45,915 bases of DNA, from contig JAUWGT010000002.1 in the NCBI GenBank assembly GCA_030606265.1, positions 1 through 45,915 of the forward strand. Direction: 5' to 3'. The notes beneath the pieces were generated by a model, which saw only the letters and a list, made by a program, of their open reading frames with translations, searched no databases and was not told where the DNA came from. Below, piece by piece: positions 1-8,726 of the stretch (positions are counted from its first letter, which is position 1; every line of letters starts with the position of its first letter). Position numbers and translations under genes: made by a program. This DNA comes from Candidatus Stahliibacteriota bacterium (GTDB lineage Bacteria > Hydrothermota > Tepidihabitantia > SM23-42).

Positions 1-68
1 GAGCCTTGTATGAAACTTAAGACTCATATTATTATAATATAAACAGACTGATGCGTCAAGGGGTTGGT

Positions 69-96
69 TTGACAATAGAACAGATTTCAGTATACT
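69..96 (+). promoter_or_regulatory. sigma70-type promoter, -35 TTGACA (69-74) / 16 nt / -10 TATACT (91-96)
   Basis: Exact -35 consensus with a 16-nt spacer and a near-consensus -10, about 70 nt upstream of the DUF885 gene start. Confidence 0.45.
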
Positions 97-167
97 GTCA
101 ACATGGTGAGGTCTTTTCACACGATTTTTCCAAAAAAGATCTATGATATTAATGAAAGCGTGCAACT

Positions 168-1862
168 TTGATTATGAAGATATATAGACATTTTTTCATT
201 ATGGTCGCGATTTTTCTTGCCAGCTCAACAGCTTCTTGTCTGAGCTTGGACCAGATCGTTGACGAGTATCTTGAAGAGATCTGGCGTTTTCACCCGGTTA
301 GTGCTACACATCAGGGCGTTCACATGTATGATACTTTGCTCGCTGATTATTCAAAGAATGCACTAAAAGCTGTGAAAAAGCGCCTTGGCGAGCTCGAGCA
401 GAAATTGTCTGCGGTCGACACGACCTCTCTATCGATCGATGGCATCGTTGATTATTACCTTGTGAAAGCCAGTATCGCTGATGAGTTGTTCAGTATTGAG
501 ATCATCAGAGAATATGCAAAAAATCCCCTTATTTATTCGACTGAGTGCATATACGGTGTTTATACGATCCTACTCAACCCGTTACATTCTAAGTATGATC
601 GGACGTATGCGATCTGGCGTCGGCTAGAGCAGGTCCCTGATTATCTTGAACGCGCGGTAAAAAATCTCGATCACCCCTCACAATTTTTCTGTGAGATCGC
701 GATCGGCCAGCTTGGAAGCGGAACTGATTTTATCGACGATATCTATACGATATATGTTGATTCTCTACCCGAGCACAAAAGAACCAAATTCAAATATATC
801 ACCCGTAAAGCTATTGCTGCAATGAAGCTTTTTGCCCTGCAGCTTGAGATGCACGCTGATCCAAAGACCCCTTATGTTTTGGGCCGAGATCATTATGAAT
901 ATATGTTAAACAATATTCATTTACTCAACATTGATGCTGACAGCCTGTTAAAGATCGGGCGAAATACACTCGACTCAGTCTCGATATTGATCGATAACCT
1001 GCAGCAAGAACACGACGAGCCGGTTGGGATAAAGATCAGGTTACCGGAAAATTTCAGCAAGTCTGATGTTGAATCATATCGCAGTAATGAAATTCTGACG
1101 GTACGTGAATTCGTCGAGCAATCTGGACTCGTGACCGTACCTGATTACATCGGCGATATCAATATCGTGGAGACGCCGGAATTCATACGTGGGCTGATCC
1201 CGGGTATTGCTATGCAGCCTCCAGGACCCTTTGACGATTTTAAGACAAGCTATTTTTACGTACCGCCCGTGCCTGATCAATTCAACATTGGACAGGTTGA
1301 ATACTATTACAACTATGTACATAACCGGCAATTCAGGGGTGGTGTTGTTCATGAAGCATACCCGGGACATCACCTACAAATATCGATCGCAAACCAACAT
1401 CCATCGAAAATCCGCAAGAGTTTTCATGACTATTTCTTTATCGAAGGGTGGGCCTTGTATTGTGAGGAGCTTATGGCCCGTAGTATGCTTTATCAGGATG
1501 ATACGCTGGGCGCGTTTATCAATGCGCTGCAGGGTGTTAAATTTCGAGCGGCGCGGGTGATCGTAGATGTTATGTTGCAAACCGGACAGATTTCCTATGA
1601 CGATGCGGTAAAATATATGGTCGAGGTGCTGGGCAGAAATCGCGATTATGTTGCCCGTGAAGTTAGTAGATACATAACGAATCCTGGTCAAGCTTCGAGC
1701 TATCTATTGGGTAAGGTTCAGTTATTAGCACTACTCGATGATTTTCGCAAAACACAAGGTGCTGATTTTTCGTTCATAGGATTTCACGATAATTTGTTGA
1801 GTTATGGTTCGATCCCGATAGCTTTGATCAAAAGACTCATGCTTGCAGAACCCCAGCCATAA
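168..1862 (+). CDS. DUF885-family protein (metallopeptidase-like, probably exported)
   Basis: 564-codon ORF with TAA stop. Hydrophobic N-terminal segment FFIMVAIFLASSTASC. HEAYPGHHLQ motif recalled from the DUF885 family. Track start is TTG 168; ATG 174 (MKIYRH) is more likely. Confidence 0.7.
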   Translation: MIMKIYRHFFIMVAIFLASSTASCLSLDQIVDEYLEEIWRFHPVSATHQGVHMYDTLLADYSKNALKAVKKRLGELEQKLSAVDTTSLSIDGIVDYYLVKASIADELFSIEIIREYAKNPLIYSTECIYGVYTILLNPLHSKYDRTYAIWRRLEQVPDYLERAVKNLDHPSQFFCEIAIGQLGSGTDFIDDIYTIYVDSLPEHKRTKFKYITRKAIAAMKLFALQLEMHADPKTPYVLGRDHYEYMLNNIHLLNIDADSLLKIGRNTLDSVSILIDNLQQEHDEPVGIKIRLPENFSKSDVESYRSNEILTVREFVEQSGLVTVPDYIGDINIVETPEFIRGLIPGIAMQPPGPFDDFKTSYFYVPPVPDQFNIGQVEYYYNYVHNRQFRGGVVHEAYPGHHLQISIANQHPSKIRKSFHDYFFIEGWALYCEELMARSMLYQDDTLGAFINALQGVKFRAARVIVDVMLQTGQISYDDAVKYMVEVLGRNRDYVAREVSRYITNPGQASSYLLGKVQLLALLDDFRKTQGADFSFIGFHDNLLSYGSIPIALIKRLMLAEPQP

Positions 1863-1963
1863 GTACAGACCTTCAGATCATTATTAGAGGGTATTTCTAA
1901 CGGGGTGAAATGACAGGAATACAAATAGAATTATGTTGTATTATAGAGTGAATGGAGGTTGAA

Positions 1964-4246
1964 ATGAAAAAATCAATAATATTGTCTATCATCACAAGTC
2001 TGTTTTTGTTTATCTGGATAGGATTGCTCAATGGCGCATCTCCTTCGGATAATGGAGAGGGATCGCTATCACCGTATTTCCTGGTTCAAGGTGATCCTGG
2101 GGTCGAGAGTTTTCCCCTGCTCAATGCTGACGCGGATGTCCATATCGCCGGTATTACGGCTGAAATAGAGCTGACTCAGGTATATAAGAACGATGGGAAG
2201 AAGACGATCGAAGCGCTTTATGTATTTCCGCTTGGCGTGAAATCAGCGATACATGCGATGACCATGAAGATAGGTGATAGGATCATTGAAGCAGATATCG
2301 AAGAGACAGCTAAGGCGCAGAAGATCTATCAACAGGCAAAAGAAGATGGTAAAGTTGCTTCGCTCCTGGAACAGAAACGACCGAATGTTTTCCAAATGAA
2401 AGTTGCTAATATCATGCCTGGTGATGTCGTCGAAGTCGTTGTGAAGTACACAGAGATTCTCGTGCCTGAAAACGGCGCGTATGAATTTGTTTTTCCGACT
2501 GTAGTAGGCCCTCGCTATACCGGTGAAACAGATAAGGCCAAAATAAAAGGCTCGGATAACTGGGTAGTGACGCCTTATCTTCATGAGGGAGACAAGGCGC
2601 CATATGCATTTGATATCAAAGTTAATCTTAGGACCGGCTTACCTTTATCAAAGGTTTGGGTTACATCGCATAAGGTCGATATTCGCAAAACCGGCAATGA
2701 CCGAGCCAAAGTCACCCTTGCCAAAAATGAGAAAGATGGAGGAAACCGCGATTATATTCTGAAATACACTTTGCAGGGTAAGGCGATACACAGCGGGATT
2801 TTACTATATCCAGACAAGAAGGATAACTACTTTTTGCTCATACTTGAACCGCCTAAAAAAGTAGAGATGAAAATGGTCCCGCCCCGCGAGTACGTTTTCA
2901 TAATTGATGTATCGGGTTCTATGAATGGTTTTCCTTTAGAAGTTTCTAAAGCATTAATCCAAAATATTGTCGGAGGGTTGAGGAAAAAAGATTACTTCAA
3001 TATACTTTTCTTTGCCGGTGGTTCTCAAGTACTATCCGACCATCCGTTACCGGCTACGAAGGAGAATAAGAAGAAAGCGATAGAAATGGTCATGTCCCAG
3101 TCAGGTGGTGGTGGAACTCAGATCCTCGATGCCTTTAAGCGAGCCCTGGCTTTGCCCAAGAAAAAAGGTTTGTCACGGATCATCATCACTGCTACTGATG
3201 GATATGTCACGGTAGAAAAAGAAGTTTTTGATCTGGTCCAGAATAATTTGAATGAGGCAAACTTTTTTGCTTTCGGCATAGGTTCGGGTGTTAACCGCTA
3301 TATCATTGAAGGTATTGCCCGGGTCGGAATGGGTGAACCCTTTGTCGTGACAAATCAGGAGGAGGCGGAGCAAACAGCTGAAAAATTCATGAACTATATT
3401 AAACACCCATTACTCACAAATATCAAGGTCGAATTCAAGGGCTTTGATTCGTATAATGTCGAGCCGTTTGCCTTACCAGACCTTTTTGCGCAGCGTCCCC
3501 TTATTTTATACGGAAAATACAAGAATGCTGCAGGTAAGATCATTGTGACCGGTCGAACGCCTTCAGGAACTTACCGAAAGGAAATAAAAGTTACCAAGTC
3601 TCTTGAGGATACGAACAATAGTGCGCTTAAATACCTCTGGGCAAGAGAAAAGATCGCCCGTCTTTCTGATTATGGAGCGGCTGGTGAGGACGTACGCGCA
3701 GAGGTTACCAAACTCGGTCTAGAATACCACCTCATGACCCAATATACATCATTCGTTGCGGTCGATAAGGTAATCAGAAAGACCGGCGAAATTGTAACCG
3801 TGAAACAGCCGCTGCCGCTTCCCCTGGGAGTGAGTAACTATGCCGTGGGCGGGGTCTCAGGTCAGGCATATAAAAGTTATAATATCGCGCCCAGTGCGCC
3901 GGTTATGCGAGAAGCCCGTGAAGATGAAGATGGTAGATATCATTATGTTCATATCCCTCAGGTCTATGTTACAGGTGGTATAACCCCGGCAAATCTGAGC
4001 CTGGACGATGTTGAAGATGCTCTTCTGGATCAAATAAAAGAGGAACTTGAGAAAACATTCGCTGCCTGGAAACTGAATAGTGTGACCGTTTCTTTGAAGG
4101 TTGAAAAGGGTAGTGTAATCCAGATCAAGGTAAAAACATACGATGCAAAAACAATGAAGTTATCAACTTTGCAGAATATATTGAAGAAACTTAAGCTACC
4201 TTTAGGTTTTACTGGTTCTGTAGAGATTACTCTTGAGTATACATAA
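1964..4246 (+). CDS. VIT domain + von Willebrand factor A domain protein
   Basis: N-terminal TM/signal. VIT-like region (FPLLNADADVHIAGITAEIELTQVYKN, KRPNVFQMKVANIMPGD). vWA MIDAS motif in YVFIIDVSGSMNG and TATDGYV. GGAGG lies 5 nt upstream of ATG 1964; the track start ATG 1952 overlaps that SD. A strong terminator follows. Confidence 0.85.
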   Translation: MKKSIILSIITSLFLFIWIGLLNGASPSDNGEGSLSPYFLVQGDPGVESFPLLNADADVHIAGITAEIELTQVYKNDGKKTIEALYVFPLGVKSAIHAMTMKIGDRIIEADIEETAKAQKIYQQAKEDGKVASLLEQKRPNVFQMKVANIMPGDVVEVVVKYTEILVPENGAYEFVFPTVVGPRYTGETDKAKIKGSDNWVVTPYLHEGDKAPYAFDIKVNLRTGLPLSKVWVTSHKVDIRKTGNDRAKVTLAKNEKDGGNRDYILKYTLQGKAIHSGILLYPDKKDNYFLLILEPPKKVEMKMVPPREYVFIIDVSGSMNGFPLEVSKALIQNIVGGLRKKDYFNILFFAGGSQVLSDHPLPATKENKKKAIEMVMSQSGGGGTQILDAFKRALALPKKKGLSRIIITATDGYVTVEKEVFDLVQNNLNEANFFAFGIGSGVNRYIIEGIARVGMGEPFVVTNQEEAEQTAEKFMNYIKHPLLTNIKVEFKGFDSYNVEPFALPDLFAQRPLILYGKYKNAAGKIIVTGRTPSGTYRKEIKVTKSLEDTNNSALKYLWAREKIARLSDYGAAGEDVRAEVTKLGLEYHLMTQYTSFVAVDKVIRKTGEIVTVKQPLPLPLGVSNYAVGGVSGQAYKSYNIAPSAPVMREAREDEDGRYHYVHIPQVYVTGGITPANLSLDDVEDALLDQIKEELEKTFAAWKLNSVTVSLKVEKGSVIQIKVKTYDAKTMKLSTLQNILKKLKLPLGFTGSVEITLEYT

Positions 4247-4272
4247 TTAAGGACGATTAGGGATATAGGTAT

Positions 4273-4309
4273 AAGCACTTCGGGCTTTTTGCCCGAAGTG
4301 CTTTTTTTT
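4273..4309 (+). terminator. Rho-independent terminator
   Basis: Perfect 13-bp stem AAGCACTTCGGGC / GCCCGAAGTGCTT, 5-nt loop, followed by a T-run. Confidence 0.85.
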
Positions 4310-4364
4310 ATATATAGATAAGTTCAGATTAAGGTTCAGACCTTACAGGAAGGAAAATGTCTTC

Positions 4365-4392
4365 TTGACAGGGCGCTCATATCCGATATCAT
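4365..4392 (+). promoter_or_regulatory. sigma70-type promoter, TTGACA / 16 nt / TATCAT
   Basis: -35 at 4365-4370 and -10 at 4387-4392, upstream of the 4432 CDS. Confidence 0.4.
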
Positions 4393-4431
4393 TATTAAAA
4401 CCATTTGATCACGAGCAAAGGAGGTATGTTT

Positions 4432-4824
4432 ATGTCCGGATCTGTGACATTTGAATATGATGCCGAGAAGAACATAGTCTTTACTGAAGATAATTGGGAG
4501 ATCAAGACGCGCGAAGACGTCGACGCATTTTTTGTAGAATATCAGAAGTTCTTCAAAGGTCTTAACAAAAAGGTATATGTAATTTCACACATCGATGGCC
4601 TTCTCGTTCGCGCCAAAATTGCCGGTTATTACGGCGAAACAGCGCGGACAACGATTGGTAATTACGTACTTGGCTTTGCCCGTTGGGGGACTGATGACTG
4701 GGCGCGCATGACCGTGCGCACGACTTCACTTAAAGTCAAACTAACAGTGAATATTTATGATACACGTGAGGAAGCAATACACGCTATCGAAGAGATGAAA
4801 AAAGCTGAGGAAGAAGAGTTTTAG
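4432..4824 (+). CDS. Hypothetical cytoplasmic protein (130 aa)
   Basis: ORF with AAGGAGG (4418-4424) 7 nt upstream of ATG 4432. The track start at 4405 and ATG 4426 are poorly spaced from the SD. Acidic C-terminal tail. No family recognised. Confidence 0.5.
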   Translation: MSGSVTFEYDAEKNIVFTEDNWEIKTREDVDAFFVEYQKFFKGLNKKVYVISHIDGLLVRAKIAGYYGETARTTIGNYVLGFARWGTDDWARMTVRTTSLKVKLTVNIYDTREEAIHAIEEMKKAEEEEF

Positions 4825-4879
4825 TCCATAAGTTACAAGGCTCATTTTTTTTCTTCTGACCGATACAAGGAAGTTATTT

Positions 4880-5245
4880 ATGGATAACCCAAAACGCTGG
4901 TGGTTAACACCATGCGGACTAGACTGCAGCAAATGTTCTATTCATTTAAGGACTGAACAGGAACTGGACTACTGGCGCAAACAAAATATTGATCCAGAGA
5001 AAATACGATGCGATGGGTGTAGAGCTGACCGCAGTGGTCATCATTGGTCACCCGAGTGTCAGATATTACAGTGTTGTGTATATGGGCGGAAACTGGAATT
5101 CTGTATGCAGTGTCCGGATTTTCCTTGTAAGGTGCTTGATAAGTGGGGTCAGGAGCATGAGCACCATGCAAAGGCAGTTAAAAGATTGGCCATAATGAAA
5201 GATGCGGGCATTGAGGAGTGGTTGGTGGAACATGGTTGCTCTTAA
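4880..5245 (+). CDS. DUF3795-family Cys-rich protein
   Basis: Cysteine pattern CGLDCSKC ... CDGC ... CxxxxC ... CMQCPDFPC matches my recollection of DUF3795. AAGGAAG lies upstream of the ATG. Confidence 0.6.
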   Translation: MDNPKRWWLTPCGLDCSKCSIHLRTEQELDYWRKQNIDPEKIRCDGCRADRSGHHWSPECQILQCCVYGRKLEFCMQCPDFPCKVLDKWGQEHEHHAKAVKRLAIMKDAGIEEWLVEHGCS

Positions 5246-5296
5246 GATTTTTTAGATACGCTTCGGTACTAAATATCATAAAACAAAGGAGGCATA

Positions 5297-5971
5297 ATGC
5301 GTAAGCTGGTGCTAGTAGCATTGGTTGTCAGTATCATCACATTTCTATCTTGTGGTGGTGGTGCAAAACCAAGCCTGAAATTGAGTAAGACCACTTTTAC
5401 ATGTGGTGAAGAGATTGCGGTTACGTTCACCGCGCCAGGTTATGAAGAGAACGCGTGGGTTGGTATTATTCCATCTGATATTCCTCATGGCGATGAGAGT
5501 CAGAATGACGAGCATGACCTCACCTATATATTCCTTGAAAAGCAAACTTCCGGGGTCTTGAATTTCTTCGCGCCAGGACAGGCTGGTTCATATGATTTTC
5601 GCATGCATGATACAGATGACAATGGCAAAGAGGTTGCCAGTATAACATTCCAGGCCAAGGTTGTAACTGAAGGAGCAGAACTCTCCCTGGATAAAAATTC
5701 TTACGCACCGAAAGAGGAGATAAGATTAACCTTTACTGCGCCAACTACATTTGGTCCCAAGGCGTGGGTTGGTCTCATTCCATCCGATATTCCACATGGC
5801 AGTGAGGACGAAAATGACCGGCATGATTTAACATACCAGTTTCTAGAAAAGAAGACCCAGGGTCTTTTTGTGTTCAATGCCCCGGAAAAGCCAGGAAAAT
5901 ATGATTTTCGTATGCATGACACTGATGATAACGGTAACGAGATAACCTATATTGAGTTTATTGTAAAATAA
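5297..5971 (+). CDS. Lipoprotein with internal tandem duplication
   Basis: Signal peptide plus lipobox (ITFLSC). Two ~90-aa repeats share FTAP...AWVG(I/L)IPSDIPHG...ND.HDLTY.FLEK...G.YDFRMHDTDDNG. AAAGGAGG upstream. Confidence 0.65.
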   Translation: MRKLVLVALVVSIITFLSCGGGAKPSLKLSKTTFTCGEEIAVTFTAPGYEENAWVGIIPSDIPHGDESQNDEHDLTYIFLEKQTSGVLNFFAPGQAGSYDFRMHDTDDNGKEVASITFQAKVVTEGAELSLDKNSYAPKEEIRLTFTAPTTFGPKAWVGLIPSDIPHGSEDENDRHDLTYQFLEKKTQGLFVFNAPEKPGKYDFRMHDTDDNGNEITYIEFIVK

Positions 5972-5982
5972 TATTTCCTTAA

Positions 5983-7023
5983 ATGAAAGAGATCGATCTG
6001 CGCAGTGATACAGTTACCTTGCCGACTGATGAGATGCGGCAGGCGATGTTGAATGCAGTGCTGGGTGATGACGTATTTGATGAGGACCCCACTGTCAACA
6101 AGATCCAGAATCTCGCCGCGGAACTTACGGGCAAAGAGGCCGGACTTCTTGTTGCGAGTGGGACAATGGCAAACTTGGTTTGTGTGCTTGCCCATTGTGC
6201 GCGTGGTGAAGAAGCAATCCTCGGCGATAAAGCGCATATTTTCCTCAATGAAGCAGGTGGGATATCCGCAGTTGGAGCGGTGGTCCCACATCTCATTCCC
6301 AATCAGGATGATGGTACGCTGCTGCTTAATGATATCAAAAACGCGATCCGGGGTGAAGATGCACACTGGCCCAAAACGCGTCTGGTATGTTTGGAAAATA
6401 CTCATAACCGATGCTATGGTGCTGCTTTGACACCGGAATATATTGATTCAGTGGGAGCGGTCGCCAAGGAGCATGGATTGGTCGTGCACCTTGATGGCGC
6501 CAGGATTTTTAATGCGGTAGTTGCGCTCGGCAAGAAAGTCAAAGAATTCACCCGCAATGTGGATTCCATTTCATTCTGCCTGTCCAAAGGACTTGCTGCA
6601 CCGGTTGGCTCGGTAGTATGCGGCACGCGCGAATTTATTGCTAAAGCTCATAGAAGCCGTAAGGTTCTGGGTGGTGGTATGCGTCAGGCAGGTATTATCG
6701 CAGCACCTGGTATAATCGCGCTTGAGCGGATGGTCGAGCGCTTGAAAGAAGACCACCAAAATGCTCAGCAACTTGCTCAGGGTATCAGTCAGATCCCCGG
6801 GTTGGCGATTGACCTGGCGCGTGTTCAGACAAATATTTTATACTTCGATCTGGTTAACGACGCGATGAAACCGGAAGAACTCCAAAGACGTATGGCTGGG
6901 AAGGGCATTAGATTCTTGCAGACCGGACCGTCACGATTCAGAATGGTAACGCACTATGGTATTCGTCCTGAACACATTGAGACCACTTTGAAAATACTCA
7001 ATGCACAGATGAAGACAGCGTAA
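5983..7023 (+). CDS. ltaE: Low-specificity L-threonine aldolase (PLP-dependent)
   Basis: N-terminus DLRSDTVTLPTDEMRQAM..GDDVFDEDPTVN, SGTMANL, and the PLP-lysine context SFCLSKGLAAPVGS are typical of the threonine aldolase / beta-eliminating lyase family. Confidence 0.85.
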   Translation: MKEIDLRSDTVTLPTDEMRQAMLNAVLGDDVFDEDPTVNKIQNLAAELTGKEAGLLVASGTMANLVCVLAHCARGEEAILGDKAHIFLNEAGGISAVGAVVPHLIPNQDDGTLLLNDIKNAIRGEDAHWPKTRLVCLENTHNRCYGAALTPEYIDSVGAVAKEHGLVVHLDGARIFNAVVALGKKVKEFTRNVDSISFCLSKGLAAPVGSVVCGTREFIAKAHRSRKVLGGGMRQAGIIAAPGIIALERMVERLKEDHQNAQQLAQGISQIPGLAIDLARVQTNILYFDLVNDAMKPEELQRRMAGKGIRFLQTGPSRFRMVTHYGIRPEHIETTLKILNAQMKTA

Positions 7024-7027
7024 AAGC

Positions 7028-7062
7028 AAACCCCCACACTAATACAATTAGTGTGGGGGTTT
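7028..7062. terminator. Bidirectional Rho-independent terminator between convergent genes
   Basis: Perfect 16-bp stem AAACCCCCACACTAAT / ATTAGTGTGGGGGTTT with a 3-nt loop; the A/T runs at the stem ends would give U-tracts in both orientations. Confidence 0.85.
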
Positions 7063-7066
7063 ACAA

Positions 7067-8185
7067 TCACTGACCGAAAATACAGAACTCGCGGAAGCCG
7101 GTTATACCGATGCCCGCATCTTTTGCTTCTAATTTCACAAATCTACCCTGTGCATCAAAACCATCAATATAGAAGTAGTTCACGTTTTCATTATTCGATG
7201 CAACTGCAGTTCCCCAATTCAGCGTATCATCCGATACAAAAACATCATAACCCGGTGTTGATGGCGTTCCGGCAATGCTCATGCCGTACATGACCATTGC
7301 ATTGACCGTATTCGTTGTACTAAGGTCGATATAAATCCAGGAAACATTTGTCGACGGTAAGACGACGCAGTAGGTAGGCCAGGGGCCCCACTTGCCGTCG
7401 GTTGCTTTCGAATAAGGATCAGCGTATGCCTCGGCATAGCAATTTCTGCCCAGGGAAAGCAGCTGATATGGATCGTCAGGAATATCTGTGGTATCGGGGT
7501 CAGTAATATAGTTATATCCAAAATCACTTTCGCTCGGCGCTGGTATTTGCGCTATTACCCGCCATTTACTGACATAGGCTTCAGGCAAGACATATTCTGG
7601 TAGAGTGATAGAGGTTGCGGTGTTGACGTCCTCCTGCCACAAAGTATAACCTGGACCATCCTGGGTAGCTTTTACCTCGAACACGTAGTTATCCGGTTCA
7701 ATGCCGTGTGTTGACACGAGCTGGGTCCAGGTAAAGGTGACATTTGTATCACCAATAACGACGGTAGGATCACCGCGCCACTGGGTCAGCTCAGGTAGTT
7801 CAATGTCGGTATCGAGCGGGAAGAAGTCGCACCATACTTTTGGTGTTGTGTCCGGCCAGTTCGGATCATAGTTCATGACGATTACTTTGAAGGTAGCGCC
7901 CTGTGCGTCCATAAGGTCACCACCAACAAAAGTTTCCGTGTAATTCCCCGTGCTGTCGGTCCGGTCACTTTCTTCAGGATCGAGACCGAGGAAATTCGTG
8001 AAGAAACTTTCCGGACTATTGATCCAGAATCCTACCCATCGGTCAATGAGCGGCGCGCCTGAATCGTCATTATAAATACCGTGTATTACTATTTCATCAT
8101 CTTCATCAAATGGAGCCTGGGGGCCACGTTCACAACCAAGCCAAATGAATAAACCAATCAGCGCCAAAAGCGCGATTTTCTTCAT
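7067..8185 (-). CDS. Lipoprotein with C-terminal discoidin (F5/8 type C)-like domain
   Basis: Signal plus lipobox (WLGC). The C-terminal ~130 aa (WIYIDL...YDVFVSDDTLNWGTAV...FVKLEA) resemble a discoidin/CBM fold. AAAGGAGGAAAA upstream. TGA stop followed by TTG TAA. Confidence 0.6.
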   Translation of the reverse strand: MKKIALLALIGLFIWLGCERGPQAPFDEDDEIVIHGIYNDDSGAPLIDRWVGFWINSPESFFTNFLGLDPEESDRTDSTGNYTETFVGGDLMDAQGATFKVIVMNYDPNWPDTTPKVWCDFFPLDTDIELPELTQWRGDPTVVIGDTNVTFTWTQLVSTHGIEPDNYVFEVKATQDGPGYTLWQEDVNTATSITLPEYVLPEAYVSKWRVIAQIPAPSESDFGYNYITDPDTTDIPDDPYQLLSLGRNCYAEAYADPYSKATDGKWGPWPTYCVVLPSTNVSWIYIDLSTTNTVNAMVMYGMSIAGTPSTPGYDVFVSDDTLNWGTAVASNNENVNYFYIDGFDAQGRFVKLEAKDAGIGITGFREFCIFGQ

Positions 8186-8288
8186 TTTTCCTCCTTTGTT
8201 TTGAAATTATAGTCTTAAGTGTAAATATGTCAATGTCTTTGTTGTTGGTGCTTGAGGATATGAAAAGGCGGTTTATCGCAGCATCGTC

Positions 8289-8317
8289 TTGACAATGACA
8301 AAAAAATTCGTTAAAGT
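8289..8317 (+). promoter_or_regulatory. sigma70-type promoter, TTGACA / 17 nt / TAAAGT
   Basis: -35 at 8289-8294 and -10 at 8312-8317. The ATG at 8330 is only 12 nt after the -10 and has no SD. Confidence 0.4.
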
Positions 8318-8329
8318 AGACTTACAATA

Positions 8330-8719
8330 ATGAAGAACTCAATCGTACTTTTAGTCGATGCATTAGTCAATTTTTTCCTTGGTATGCTGCTAGTTGTATT
8401 CCCTGCTGACATATTTGAATTTATCGGTTTGCCGATAGCTGACCATGCTTTTTACCCGACAATACTGGGTGCTGTTCTTATCGGAATAGCAGTTGCTCTT
8501 ATTGTTGAATTCAATCGGAAACCTGCTGATATGGTTGGTCTAGGTCTGGGTGGTGCCATTGCCATTAATCTGTGTGCTGCATTTGTCCTGGGGTTTTGGC
8601 TGCTAAACGGAAACCTGCATGTTTCACCCTTTGGTTATGCAATACTGTGGATAATAACGATTATCCTGGTAGTGATCAGTTGTTTTGAAATTTTTGTATT
8701 TTATCGAACAAAGAAATGA
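8330..8719 (+). CDS. Small integral membrane protein (about 4 TM helices)
   Basis: 129-aa ORF that is almost entirely hydrophobic; no family recognised. Confidence 0.5.
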   Translation: MKNSIVLLVDALVNFFLGMLLVVFPADIFEFIGLPIADHAFYPTILGAVLIGIAVALIVEFNRKPADMVGLGLGGAIAINLCAAFVLGFWLLNGNLHVSPFGYAILWIITIILVVISCFEIFVFYRTKK

Positions 8720-8726
8720 GGTGAAG

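Noticed and set aside
1806-1816. tRNA T-arm-like GGTTCGATCCC
   Set aside because: It lies inside the DUF885 coding frame. No acceptor, D or anticodon stems can be drawn around it.
8685-8726. Longer N-terminal extensions offered by the ORF track (8685 for the FG-GAP gene, 19172 for the BNR gene, 1952, 4405, 12490, 28989 and 38859)
   Set aside because: The extensions overlap upstream genes or promoter hexamers, use TTG or poorly spaced starts, and precede a clear SD-ATG-signal peptide arrangement further downstream.
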